64,000 nucleotides of DNA from Phoronis australis (GCA_002633005.1 NMRA01000216.1:530441-594440), one strand, 5' to 3'. Positions 52,342-63,365 are shown, counted from the stretch's first letter. Notes: generated by a model not told the origin, from the letters alone. Translations and numbers: made by a program.

Positions 52342-54770
52342 GTAAGTCCTTCTAGACACTTGTTCATTGCCTCAGTCACGAAAAATGCACTTTTGTGGCT
52401 GTATTGGTAGCGGTGTAAGACCTCGTTTTACCAGCAATTAAAATCGCAGTGGTCCATTGTCATTTTCAGTCTAATTGAATGAAATACGGGGTAAGTCTAA
52501 AAGCGAATTTTATTTGTAGTGGAAAAATACGTTCCCACAACTGTTATTAGGAAACATTTTTTTAAATAAACTTTCCTACTGACAAACATACTACTCCACT
52601 TTTTGCATCCATATTTGTTAAACTAGTACAGAACAGTTTACCAGTTGCTTTCTAGTTGCGAGTGAATTAAAGAGTTAACGTTTAAGTCTTAATAAGAATC
52701 TTCTAGACTAGAAATTGCCGAGTTCATCACTTTTTACCAATGCTAAACGCTCAAAAATTCACGGTGTCAAATTGTTTCATTAAAGTTCCTGGACTCTGGT
52801 TTCATGTTGTGGATTGGCTAGAATTAACAAATAATTGACAAGTCAGACATGGTTTAACTTTGTCAACAGGTTAGTCAGCCTGTTGTCGTCATTTGCAGCT
52901 GAGATACCAGATTGAAAAAAAAAACTGCAAGTTGTCCCTAGCCTTCACCTTCAAGCATCTCTATTACAGGACGTTTGTCTATTTCATAAAATCTTGTTAC
53001 ACTGCATTAGTTTTGTCATAAACTCTGTGGAGATGTCACATATTTTCCTCAAATATACCATTTTTCTTGAGGATATTTGTTGTGGAATGAAGAATTTTTA
53101 CTAATTACTATTGATTATACCATTAACCTTTCTGCTTTAATTTCAACAAAACTTCCAAAAAAGAAATTTTAGTGTAAAGCAATGAAATAACTTTCAAATG
53201 AAAGAATTTGGTATGAATTTGGGTACACAGTAAGTGACACCAACAAAACTTAATTTTGTTTTCAGTACTTGTTAAATAAGTAATAAAACATTTTAAAGTA
53301 AGTGAAGGGGCATTAACGGAACTTAAAAATGTTTACCGGTTCTCTAAAAAAATCAAATCAATCGTGCCCTTGGAATCTAAATGAGGTTAACTACTGTAAA
53401 CCGCAGATAAAAGATCATCCCATCAGCTGATTTAGAAATTGTTAAGTGGCTAAATTAAATTTTATCTTCTTGTAGTTTTTGGGACAAGTATCCATAAAAC
53501 TCTGAGAGGTCTGTCCTAAATCATGTCAAGTAATCAAGCTGGGTTTAATGTGATATAGTACATCCACTCCAGATCATTTTCTATTAAAGATTGATGGTTG
53601 GAACTTAAACTATTCATTTAATGTGTTATGTTATCATTTGACATTTTCCTTGGTTGTCTGTAAGTCATGAACAGAGTTTGGAATTGAGTATCCAGTTGCT
53701 GATCACCTGTACATTTGCACAGATTGTATTCAGTTGAGACTGCCAAGGAGGGACAATGAATAAATTTCATTTGACAAAATCCATATTGATACTGTCTCAG
53801 GGACCATCCATTATGAAGCAGCGTGCTTTCTTTCTGAGTTCCTTATCTCTCAATTAAGTTCCACTAATCAAGTTTGGTCATGCCATGCACACCATCAGCT
53901 TGTTGCATAGACAACTAGGCCCCCTCCTAAGAATACCACTGAGGCGACATTCCTGATTAGTTTCCATTGTCTTATTAGATTACAACCAATTTCATGGTTT
54001 ATTGGACAGTCAGTTGCATTAATTCACAGGTTGTTGCACCAAATAAATAACTGGCATCACACTTTGATTCAGTTAAGCTTTGTGTGTGGATCGACTGTCC
54101 GGAAATTTATTCCTAAGGTATCAAGTGTGGGTCCGGTAAATTTCATTTAGGAAATGGTGGCCCGGCAATGTTCAACTTTGCTCTTTGTTGACGTGATGAG
54201 AAGCCGTTTCTCCCGTGACCCAGTCCAAAGTTGTTGGCCAGAAATAACTTTTACAACCATCCAGTTATCTGGCGACATCTGTGACTACACCACGGGAATT
54301 CAACAGATAGCCTGCATCTATCTCCACTCAGCAGTAACGATCACTGTCACTTGGGGTGCTATCAGATACCATTTACAGCCCTCCTGGCCCTAAGTAGCTC
54401 TTGTACGCCTAGACCCAGTGCACTTGACTAGCAACCAGCGTCACTTTTATGTTGATTAATAAGTGAGTGATATCTTGTCTATTGTGTTGTGATGATCATG
54501 TTGTGACAGCCTGCACCTGACACTGAACTCCATCCTGCCTCATCTCGCCAATCAAATATGATGGGGCGTGTTTCTTAGTGACTGGGACCTCACTTGCTTC
54601 CCCCAAGTGTCTGTGGGTATCAATTACTATGTTTTGCCTGGACAAGCATTGCAGCCTTTGTTTGAATTACAGTGATGGGTAATATTGGGATGTCATTATT
54701 CAGGCTTTCTATCATTCGTGCCTTCTACAATTATGCAATATTTAATTGCATTGTTTCTTTTGTTTTGCAG

Positions 54771-54939
54771 AAGAGAAGAAGTTCCCATGCGAAGAATGTG
54801 GCGAAATGTTTCGGTCGAAAGTGGCTCTGCGTCGTCACCAGACGTACGTCTGTAACAACCATAATGCTATCTTCTCTACAATCAATAAAGATTTCCGTGG
54901 CGACAGCACAGAGGCCCTACAGAACCACAAAGATGTCAG
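54771..54939 (+). CDS. PRDM16/MECOM: Prdm3/16 exon 5: zinc finger 1 (C2HC type)
   Basis: Acceptor ttttgttttgcag|, donor AG|gtaggt. Encodes FPCEECGEMFRSKVALRRHQTYVC (54782-54853), aligning with EVI1 finger 1 [24 protein letters not shown]. Confidence 0.92.
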
Positions 54940-55174
54940 GTAGGTTATTAGTGTGTGATATAGAACTGTGCTTTTTAGAATGTTACAATTGATTCCTTTT
55001 TATGTGAAACTCCACGATACAGAAATTCACTGTATGATATCTTCTAATAAGTTAAAGCTAGGTAACTTAATTACATGTATGGTGCAGGGCTAGAAATATC
55101 CTCTTTTAACGGGATTTCCTTGTTTGGGTTTTCATTTCCTCTTATTTGATTTCCACTTTCCTCTTTTTTATTAG

Positions 55175-55240
55175 TATTTTGACTTTATTCTTTTATTATT
55201 ATTTTGACTTTATTCTTTTATTATTATTTTGACTTCATTC
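55175..55240. repeat. Short T-rich tandem repeat, ~2.6 x 25 bp (tattttgactttattcttttattat)
   Basis: Read directly in intron 5. Confidence 0.75.
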
Positions 55241-55611
55241 ATGTAAAAACGTTTATTTCAGTTAAATTTTTCAACACAAAAAAATCTTTCTATCACACAA
55301 GCCTTATTTGGGGAAAAATACATCATATAAAAAATTTCCTCTTTTTTATCTTTCCAAGACCTGATGGTGATTGTTTACCTATTTAGCACACAATATGGTG
55401 GACAAGTGAAATTTTTGTACAACAGCATTTGATTAAATTTCTATTATTCAGAGCAAACTAATTAGCCTCTTAAAAATAGAAAACACAATTTTTACAATTA
55501 TTTTTTGTTGGAAATAAATTGTATAAGTGTTATGCATGTGTTAATCTCATGTTGTATATTATGTAAAATTTTGTGGTATTATTTTATTATAATTTTATAT
55601 TTATTTTTCAG

Positions 55612-55663
55612 TAGTTGTGATGACAGAAGTCAGAGTGATGAAGAAGAAGCAGGTGAACTTGTG
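55612..55663 (+). CDS. PRDM16/MECOM: Prdm3/16 exon 6: 52-nt acidic linker (S)SCDDRSQSDEEEAGELV
   Basis: Long T-rich tract then ttttcag|, purine-rich body, GTG|gtaagt donor. It is needed to convert the phase-2 end of exon 5 to the phase-0 start of exon 7. No homology evidence; not in the ORF track. Confidence 0.8.
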
Positions 55664-56156
55664 GTAAGTAAATAGTCGCTTTCAATTTTTATCCTTGGAG
55701 TTTTGAAAATTATTATGATTCATTACCTGTACGTTGCTGGTAATTTCACAACCTATAGTTTACACATTTCATGAAAGTGGTAAATCTTCCTCAGTTTAGA
55801 ACACAACTTGGTGGAATCCTATTTGATTTCTAATCAAATATAAGAAAGAAAAAAGGAAGAGAATTTCATTTCATTCAGCTCAGCTTGTGATGTACAAATG
55901 TCTCTAAGCAACACTTGGTGAAATTCTGAACATGCTATGAGGTTTTGAAACACAAGTAATAATTTTTGCTATTCTGTTTGATTTTGTTGGACTTTAAATC
56001 AAGCCCAAAGTTAAAGTGCAGAAGGAAATCCTAATTACTCTTTTTACGTGTGCTTTATGCACTTTTTCACTGTTTTATTGGTTACTGAATCATTTCCTCT
56101 TTTGTTGTTTGTCTAGAAAAATTCGGTACCTAACAATGCCTCGTTTTTATTTTCAG

Positions 56157-57926
56157 GGCATGCAACACATCCCCGGCCGCACGTATGCCTGCGAACACTG
56201 TGACAAAGTGTTTACTGACCCCAGTAACCTGCAGAGACACATCCGTAGCCAGCATGTGGGGGCACGGTCACACGCGTGTAATGAGTGTGGGAAAACCTTC
56301 GCCACTTCCAGCGGACTGAAACAACACCAGCATATCCACAGTAGCATCAAGCCGTTCCAATGTGAGGTCTGCCTCAAGGCCTATACGCAGTTCTCCAATC
56401 TTTGCCGACACAAGCGCATGCACGCTGACTGCCGACAGCAGATCAAGTGTAAGGACTGCGGCCAAGCCTTCTCCACGGTAACTTCTCTGAGCAAGCATAA
56501 AAGATTCTGCGAGGGAGCTCTGAGGAGCGGTGCTCCATTGGTCTACCCTCCGACCTCATCATCACCATTGGAGCTGAAGTCACCAGTTTCTCCTGTAGTG
56601 ACCTCACCAACCCAGGTGTCACCTCTCGCTGCTTCATACATGAATCACCTTTATGGAATGCGCCCGCCATTTCCTGCCTTCTTTCCTCCCATTGGACTGG
56701 GTTTTCCTGGGTTCCCCGCTCACCCGCTTGCTGGGTTTGTTCCAGGAGCCCTTGGTGCTGAAGCTGCCAAGTTTTTCCCACACAGTTTACTACCGTCAGG
56801 CCTAGAACAGAAGATCAAGTCTGAACCTCTTGACAAAGTGCCAATGAGACGTTTAGGCTCAGAGGTGTCCGAAGGAAGCGATGTGTCTGAAACCAGTGCC
56901 GGAATGAGCGACAATGACTCCATTTCTGGCTCTGACAGTGATAGCTGTCATGACAGAAAACGCAAGTTAGTCATCGATGAATCGATGCAGTCAGACCGTA
57001 AATCAACTCCAAAGCCAGTCGATGATGATCAACCACTTGATCTCAGCAAGAAGTCTCCTAAGCTAGAAGAGCAGCCAGAATCCAATGAGAGAAAGACGCA
57101 CATCTTCGGTGTGAAGAAGGAAGATATACCCAGCCCGACACTTCACTACGCATTTCCGTTCCCTGCACTGATGATGGATCCGGCAGCATTGAAAGACAAG
57201 CTACCTTCATTGCCAGATGCCACCAAGCTAATGCATCAGTTTGCTCCGCGTTTTCCTCTGGCAACCCCAGCTTTCACGGCCATGAACCACTTGGCGATGA
57301 TGCGCGCTGCCGAGACCCAACAGAAGTCATCGCCAACTTCTCCTGGACTGAAGGTGAACAAGACAGCAGAGCACTTCCACTATACTCCTGGCTCCAACAA
57401 GATGAAGGAGCGCTACTCCTGCAAGTTTTGCGGAAAGGTATTCCCACGCTCCGCTAACTTGACGCGTCATCTGCGCACACACACTGGTGAACAGCCATAC
57501 AAGTGCCAGTACTGTGAGCGCTCGTTCTCGATCTCGTCGAATCTACAGCGTCATGTGCGCAACATTCACAACAAGGAGAAGCCATTCAAGTGCCCGCTTT
57601 GTGACCGTTGCTTTGGCCAGCAGACAAACCTTGACCGCCACTTGAAGAAGCACGAGTCCGAAGGCCCCAATGTGATGGACTCGCCGACTTCCCTCGATGA
57701 AAAGGATGAAGCGTACTTCTCCGAAATCAAGAATTTCATTGCCAGGTCACCCGTCAACAAAAGTCCAGTTACCACATCCAATGGCACGAGCCCCGTAGAT
57801 GGCAGTAGCGAAGAGTCCGAATCAGATCACAAACGATTACGATTAAGTGCAGCAGAGCATCTGAGCAACAATGAAATGGACTCTTTTAACATGAAATCGG
57901 GACTAACTCCTTTAGCATGTTCATAG
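56157..57926 (+). CDS. PRDM16/MECOM: Prdm3/16 terminal exon 7: zinc fingers equivalent to EVI1 ZF4-7, Pro-rich region, PLDLS CtBP motif, ZF8-10, acidic tail
   Basis: Acceptor tttttattttcag|GGC. The first 47 codons of the 636-aa track ORF are intronic. ZF4-7 at 56184-56510, PLDLS at 57033-57047, RKTHIFG (cf. RKNHVFG), ZF8-10 at 57414-57653, [12 protein letters not shown] (cf. DAYFTEIRNFI), stop TAG at 57924-57926. Confidence 0.97.
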   Translation, partial: GMQHIPGRTYACEHCDKVFTDPSNLQRHIRSQHVGARSHACNECGKTFATSSGLKQHQHIHSSIKPFQCEVCLKAYTQFSNLCRHKRMHADCRQQIKCKDCGQAFSTVTSLSKHKRFCEGALRSGAPLVYPPTSSSPLELKSPVSPVVTSPTQVSPLAASYMNHLYGMRPPFPAFFPPIGLGFPGFPAHPLAGFVPGALGAEAAKFFPHSLLPSGLEQKIKSEPLDKVPMRRLGSEVSEGSDVSETSAGMSDNDSISGSDSDSCHDRKRKLVIDESMQSDRKSTPKPVDDDQPLDLSKKSPKLEEQPESNERKTHIFGVKKEDIPSPTLHYAFPFPALMMDPAALKDKLPSLPDATKLMHQFAPRFPLATPAFTAMNHLAMMRAAETQQKSSPTSPGLKVNKTAEHFHYTPGSNKMKERYSCKFCGKVFPRSANLTRHLRTHTGEQPYKCQYCERSFSISSNLQRHVRNIHNKEKPFKCPLCDRCFGQQTNLDRHLKKHESEGPNVMDSPTSLDEKDEAYFSEIKNFIARSPVNKSPVTTSNGTSPVDGSSEESESDHKRLRLSAAEHLSNNEMDSFNMKSGLTPLACS

Positions 57927-59250
57927 GTGTTAAAGATATAATGCGGACGTCATGTGAGTGTGAGACTTTGTGATATTTAGTACAGTCGAGTGCTGTGTTA
58001 GCAATTAATGTATTATGGTATATCGTGTGTAATTTGCCTCTACATGAACACCTTTGTTTGTACTCCCTGTTGTAATAGGCCTAATGCATTCAGTATTACA
58101 GGATATTTGTACCTCATGCATAGAAATGCAACTAAGCTGCGTGCCTTCAAAATCTGATATTATTTTTGTTGCAAATGTTTCAATTAGTCTGCGATAATAT
58201 AAAGTTGGCTTCAGAAAAAAATGAATTACTTGCGATAGACTGATCAACTTGTGCATTTATCTAAGTACAGTTAGATTTAGAACATGTAAATGAGTTTTAC
58301 GCTTCTTATGTATAGGTTTGTCAAAGAACGTGGAAATTTCTTTCCTAAACTACTGTTAAATAGTGTGGCTGTTATTATTGATGACTATACTTTGCTTCTG
58401 TATATGTTGTGCTAAAGCACAGTTGGGAGAACTCCTGTCTCATAGTGTATTTAAAGTGAAAGGACGACCAGATTGAGTTGAAAATCTCCAGTTGGCCTTT
58501 TATTGTGGTTGTATAATAGCGATGTGTAGAGCACAGGAAGGGATACAGTTGTGTCCTCAACAGATATATTAGTGTGATCTGCTCACAATGTTACCGGGGC
58601 ATGCAAAATTACTACTCATCTTGTGACTTGGGTGTGTTTGAGCGTATCCTGAATTTTATTTATTTTTATTAACATACAAACATGTATACACATAACTTTC
58701 ATTACTGTGACATGCCGTTTCAATGCGGTTGATTTTGCATGAGTAGTTTTTTGACTGAAGATTTATTGCAGATCATTTGACATGGTTTGTGCACAACCAA
58801 AGATTTCTGGCCAAGCACATTTACAGCTGAAGCTTTAAGACTTATTTTTGCATTTTTGGAATTATTATTTTTCATCCACCTATTATCGTATTTGTTTATA
58901 ATTTGCTGTGATTTTTATTACTGTTAGATCATGTGCCAAGCCTAACACGGGTGAATTAATGTCTTGCACCTTATTTTTTCATCAATGGCCATTTGTAGTG
59001 GCGTCTTTGTAATGAAAGGAGGTACTTAATTTGAGTGGGACCAAATATGACATATCGATCATGTGTGGTGACTTGGAAATGTATAAGGATATTGAAAACA
59101 GGTGGAAAAATTATTGTTCTTATGTTATGTGAAAAATTGCATTGTGACTTGAATGTGTGCCAGTTTGAAGATTTATTTTGAGTGTTCCATAGATTGTTTG
59201 ATCTTGTTTGGTGAGATTGATAAAAAATAAATTGATATGAAATAATTATC
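57927..59250 (+). other. Probable Prdm3/16 3'UTR (~1.3 kb)
   Basis: TG/T-rich sequence after the stop codon, ending at AATAAA 59226-59231 with a downstream U-rich tract at 59251-59260. Confidence 0.6.
59226..59231 (+). terminator. Polyadenylation signal AATAAA (alternative at 59606-59611)
   Basis: First canonical hexamer I found after the stop; followed about 20 nt later by tttctttttt. Confidence 0.55.
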
Positions 59251-60881
59251 TTTCTTTTTTAATATTATTCAAGACAGACAGCACATAAAATGCTCGACTT
59301 TAATTAATGTATGAATTTGCAGAAGTGTATTAAAAACTACTGGTCAATATACATTACCAGCAAGTAAGGAGTTTGTTAAGCATGATTAACTTATCAGAGC
59401 TGAGTGTGGTTCCCTGTGTAGGTCTTCGACACATTCACTTCCTGTCAAGATTAAGGTCACAAACAGGTAACAGAATTGGTACTACACTAATAGTGTGCCA
59501 GCAAACACCGGTTTCAAGTTCTGGTCTCAATCGAAACCACTGTGAGGCACTGTCACTAAACATCAGCATGAAGTACACGTAATATGACGTCCATGATGAA
59601 AAAACAATAAAATGTTACAAATTTTAGGTGCACATGTCCTTAAATGCTCTCTTGGAGATTTATAGCTAAGAGATAGCTATGTAATAAAAAGATAAAAAAA
59701 GATCTCTGCTTTTTCCTAGGTGAACAGGATTGCACGAGTTGCAGCAACTATGTTGAGACTGCTTGTATATGTATGTAGCTATGTATAGAGTACACACGTT
59801 CAGTTATACGATGATTTCCGTGGGACATCCCATTACGCGCAATGGAAAATTGACGCCTAACACCTCTCGATTTCTGTTGTTATATTGTGCTCAGAATAGA
59901 ACTCCAAGGTGTTAATTTTGGCTCAATAAACCACTTCAGCCTTGTTTTATCTTACTTTGAAGTTGATCACTTTTTAGGGGCTAAAACAGAGCTCAATATA
60001 ACTCCAATAGCAAATGCCCGATCCAAAAATAAATCAACTGATTTCTGAAATTTATTGATTATAAAACAACCGGGGTTACAGAAGTACCTGTTAAGCCATC
60101 TCAGAAATATGCCGAGGTCAGACACTTACAGGGCTCCTGCCTTTTGAGAACCAGGTTTCTCTACTGAATAACAAAATCCAGGACCCCTAGAAGGCTGCAC
60201 GTGACTATCGTTGATATCAATACAAACAAAACATCCCCGAGACGCAAGACAAATACTTCAAATTATCACAGTTTAAACACATTTCACACACTTTTATCCC
60301 ATACGCGTTGAATCAGTCTAGTGCAATATGGCCATGTGGGCGTATTCACCTACCGCACTACTTCAACAGTGCCCTATGACATAAAAGTTCATAAGGTAGG
60401 TCAATGTCGATTCGACGTCGTTAGCGGGTTCGATCATCAAACTATCCAAAAATAGTTTAAAGTAATACAATTGCAGCAGTATAAATAACACTCAAAATCC
60501 AATCAGGTCTCAAACGTAACGTCTGCTACAAAAGTGCTTATTATACGACACTTCTGTCTTAGTTTTCAATTGCTAAATATGATATCGTCTGCAACTCAAG
60601 CGCTGATTCCTTGGTAACTACAATATCAAATATTGTTGTTATTTAACTATGTTCAGGAAATGTTACAAGTTCGATGCACAATTGTTTTCATCAGTATTAT
60701 CTCTTTTCAAGTAACAAATCGTTACATTTAAAACTGTTTCTTTTCCTAAAGAAAACTTGTAACCTAACACAAGTGTATACATATAGGATGTGATCTGCCA
60801 GTGAACAGTCTGAGTGAAGTATTTTAAAAATCTGCCAAAAAATGGAGGAAACTTAGGAATTCGAAGCGTATGGGATAAATG

Positions 60882-61030
60882 CAAAACATACCTCGATTGC
60901 TGGTACCGATGAAGTAATATCCACTTGACATTATTCCGCAATATCGACAGAGATTGACGGTTGAGTTACATACGCGAAATAATGTCTCGTGGGATTTTAC
61001 TCCATCTATGCCACTCTCGGTACGTTTTGT
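60882..61030. repeat. Imperfect inverted repeat (~58-bp arms, ~33-nt spacer); possible old foldback/MITE relic
   Basis: Left arm caaaacatacc..tggtaccgatgaagtaatatccacttgacattattccgc. Reverse complement of right arm caaaacgtacc..tggcatagatggagtaaaatcccacgagacattatttcgc. Confidence 0.7.
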
Positions 61031-61475
61031 GTATATACTTAAGGCCAAAAAAGCATAGTTGGTTCTGTTTTTTGTTCAAAACTGAGTCGGTGGTGTGGTA
61101 TATTTTGTTGCTTACTTTTTCAAAAAAAGATACTTCTATCAATACCAGCAAAAAGAAAGCAGGATTTTTTCACTCATTGCTGGGCAAATCACGGTGTTTC
61201 AAACACTGCTTACCCTTTGTGCAAAAAAAAAAACACAAGACCATGCTTGAAATTCATACAGTCTCGTGTTTTTGTTTAGTTAGTGAGAACAAGTCTAAAA
61301 ATGCATCCGATAAAGATCAGAACCTACCTACTATGGTGCATTTTTGGTCTAATCCGCACAGCACTATGTTTATGAAGAAGTCTTGCTTCAGTAAGAAAAT
61401 TGTCTCTGCCAAAGGTATGCCCAGAACAGTTTTGAGAAAATGGCCATATAACAGAACAATAAGTAACAGACAATT

Positions 61476-61793
61476 CAGTGGCAGATTTAGGGGGGGGGGC
61501 CAAGGGGGCCATGGCCACCCCTAAAATTCTGCCAGATACCATTTGGGAGTTCAGATGCGAATTGCTGACTAGCACATGCGCGCACCCGAGGGGGCTCGGG
61601 GGTTGAATAAAGTGAATAAACAATGCATAGGCCCGGAACAAAGTTTACCGTTTTTTTTTAGTCAACAGGTCTGCAAACACAAAATTCGAGACCCATGCAT
61701 CCCCACAATTTAGGCTGGGTGTGCTCATCTGCCGAAATTCTGGTTATTCCTGTGCCCTGGCCCCTCCTAACTCAAAATCCTGGATCCGCCCTG
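61476..61793. mobile_element. MITE-like non-autonomous DNA element, copy 2 (longer)
   Basis: CAGTGGCAGATTTAG(G)nCCAAGGGGGCCATGG ... CCTAACTCAAAATCCTGGATCCGCCCTG. Both ends are the reverse complement of the ends of 3089-3262. Confidence 0.7.
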
Positions 61794-62727
61794 GCAACTG
61801 ATGACAAACTAGTTCTTTGAATATTTTAAAACAATGTGTAACCTATCCCAACGTAGATCATAAATCATAGATTGATTTCCATCTTTGTGTATAACACAAA
61901 GATGCCAAAACCTGCTTTTTGAGAAACAACCTCATGGGAATCTGCAGTGCCCCCTTCAGAGTAACCAAAGGACTAGCATAACACAGAGCACAAGTTCAAG
62001 AGTTATAATCAAATCTCTTGATTTTTGCTATGGGAACACTTAACTGGAGGCAATTCATTTACAGTGGTCCCACATTCTAAGAACTAGGATCTCCACTAAA
62101 TAACGGGCATCAAACTGATTCTCAAAATCCAGGACACTTGTAACAGGTTGTAGGTTCTGAGCAGACAATAAATCAACGCCACAGAGCAGAATCACACAAT
62201 AATGAAGTGTAAGGCCAAAAATAGCTCAACTGTTTCTAGTCTGATCCTGACTCATTTCGAAGCCTCCCCTTCAAAGCGACATCTGGTGGCCCTTGATAAA
62301 AAAGACTAAGAAAGATCCTGAAGGATTATGAGCTGTAATCAGGTGACGCTAAAAAGGAGATTAATAAGTATCTCACCCTGAGCTGCCATCATGTAACTTA
62401 TGAACGCAGCATCAATTTTCAAATAATAACCCAAATCACACAAAACAGAACCAATTATGTTATTTGTTTGGCCAAATGAGGAACTCCAAATTGTCTTGGT
62501 GGTCCTATTGAAACAAGGGTATTACCCCTAGAAATGCCATTATTCAGATATTCACAAAGAACCTTTACCCACAAATGATCCCATGCAGATAAAATGCTTC
62601 TTGCTCCCAATCAAAGAGGAATACATTATCATTAGGGCCACCAAGTGAACAGAGTCAATCAATACTAGACATTATCAAATACTAAGTCGGAAATCAATTT
62701 CATGGAAATCCTATCTGTATTACAGGG

Positions 62728-62994
62728 TCACCTCTTCCCACTCTTGAAGTGTCTGTCATGGTGTAGCCGTGGATGTTTCATTTTAAAATTATACAGCCCA
62801 GGAGCAATGACTGTGAGCAGATAGTGCAGGAAAACTGCCGTGAGGCCCCAAATTTTGTGATCCCCTCCTAGGAATACAGGCATGGTGTAGCCAGGAACTG
62901 TCAGTGTGCCACGGCGGGTACCGCGGAATGTGGTCTGTCTCACATTTTCTGGCGCACACAGAGACTGGATTGTTCTGGTGAAAATTAACTCTAC
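62728..62994 (-). CDS. NUDT8: Last coding exon of a NUDT8-like Nudix (CoA) pyrophosphatase; upstream exons appear to lie beyond the window
   Basis: Minus-strand acceptor ctttaccattctag|GTA. Encodes VELIFTRTIQSLCAPENVRQTTFRG...GYTMPVFLGGDHKIWGLTAVFLHYLLTVIAPGLY...*, matching the NUDT8 C-terminus (VDEVF...YTLPVFLHGPHRVWGLTAVI...LLAPGTY). Confidence 0.85.
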   Translation of the reverse strand, partial: VELIFTRTIQSLCAPENVRQTTFRGTRRGTLTVPGYTMPVFLGGDHKIWGLTAVFLHYLLTVIAPGLYNFKMKHPRLHHDRHFKSGKR

Positions 62995-63099
62995 CTAGAA
63001 TGGTAAAGAATGACAAGTGAAGTGACTGGAATATGAAATTCCGCTAAAGATTGGAAGAGTGTCTTAAGGTTATGCGAGACCTCATTGACAGGTCTGCAT

Positions 63100-63365
63100 A
63101 CTTTGTCAATTATCTTTTACTTTTAGTATCTTCTCTTTAATATTTTTTATTATTCATTTTGTTTCATCAGTCTTTACATGTTAGTTTCTTATTCATCATT
63201 GATTATTTAAATCTTGTCTTTCATTTTGTAATTCTGTTAGTTTGTCTTACTGTCTGTGTATGTTTTCTATGTTATTACTGAGGTCCTCCATGGAAAGCAG
63301 TGAGAACTGATGGGGCTACCCTCATTGTAAATATTACAACAAATAAATACATAAACAAATATATA
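63100..63365 (+). mobile_element. Probable 3' tail of a non-LTR retroelement (LINE/SINE) inside the NUDT8 intron
   Basis: T-rich stretch, then a GC-richer structured motif (gaggtcctccatggaaagcagtgagaactgatggggctaccctc), ending in a degenerate (aaat)n tail. This layout resembles CR1/L2-type 3' ends. Pattern recognition only. Confidence 0.4.

Larger units (their letters stand above)
5734..57926 (+). other. PRDM16/MECOM: Prdm3/16 gene span, ATG to stop (MECOM/EVI1-PRDM16 / hamlet / egl-43 orthologue); 7 coding exons, 852 aa
   Basis: Exon lengths 37+275+135+121+169+52+1770 = 2559 nt. Intron phases 1,0,0,1,2,0 are all compatible and all introns are GT..AG. The spliced product has the family hallmarks [64 protein letters not shown] and [20 protein letters not shown]. 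Confidence 0.93.

Noticed and set aside
45306-54479. Two exact EVI1-type sites TATCTTGTC (45306-45314, 54471-54479) as autoregulatory elements
   Set aside because: About one such 9-mer is expected by chance in 64 kb of AT-rich DNA by my rough estimate, so two is not significant.
56016-56156. N-terminal 47 codons of the 636-aa track ORF
   Set aside because: GTG start and T-rich sequence ending in a clear acceptor at 56156. It is intron read-through, not a signal or transmembrane segment.
56153-57787. Several minus-strand ORFs overlapping exon 7
   Set aside because: Shadows of the GC-richer coding strand with no recognisable domains.
60961-61641. 187-aa (+) and 105-aa (-) ORFs
   Set aside because: They run across the inverted repeat and MITE, the composition is low-information, and I recognise no homology.
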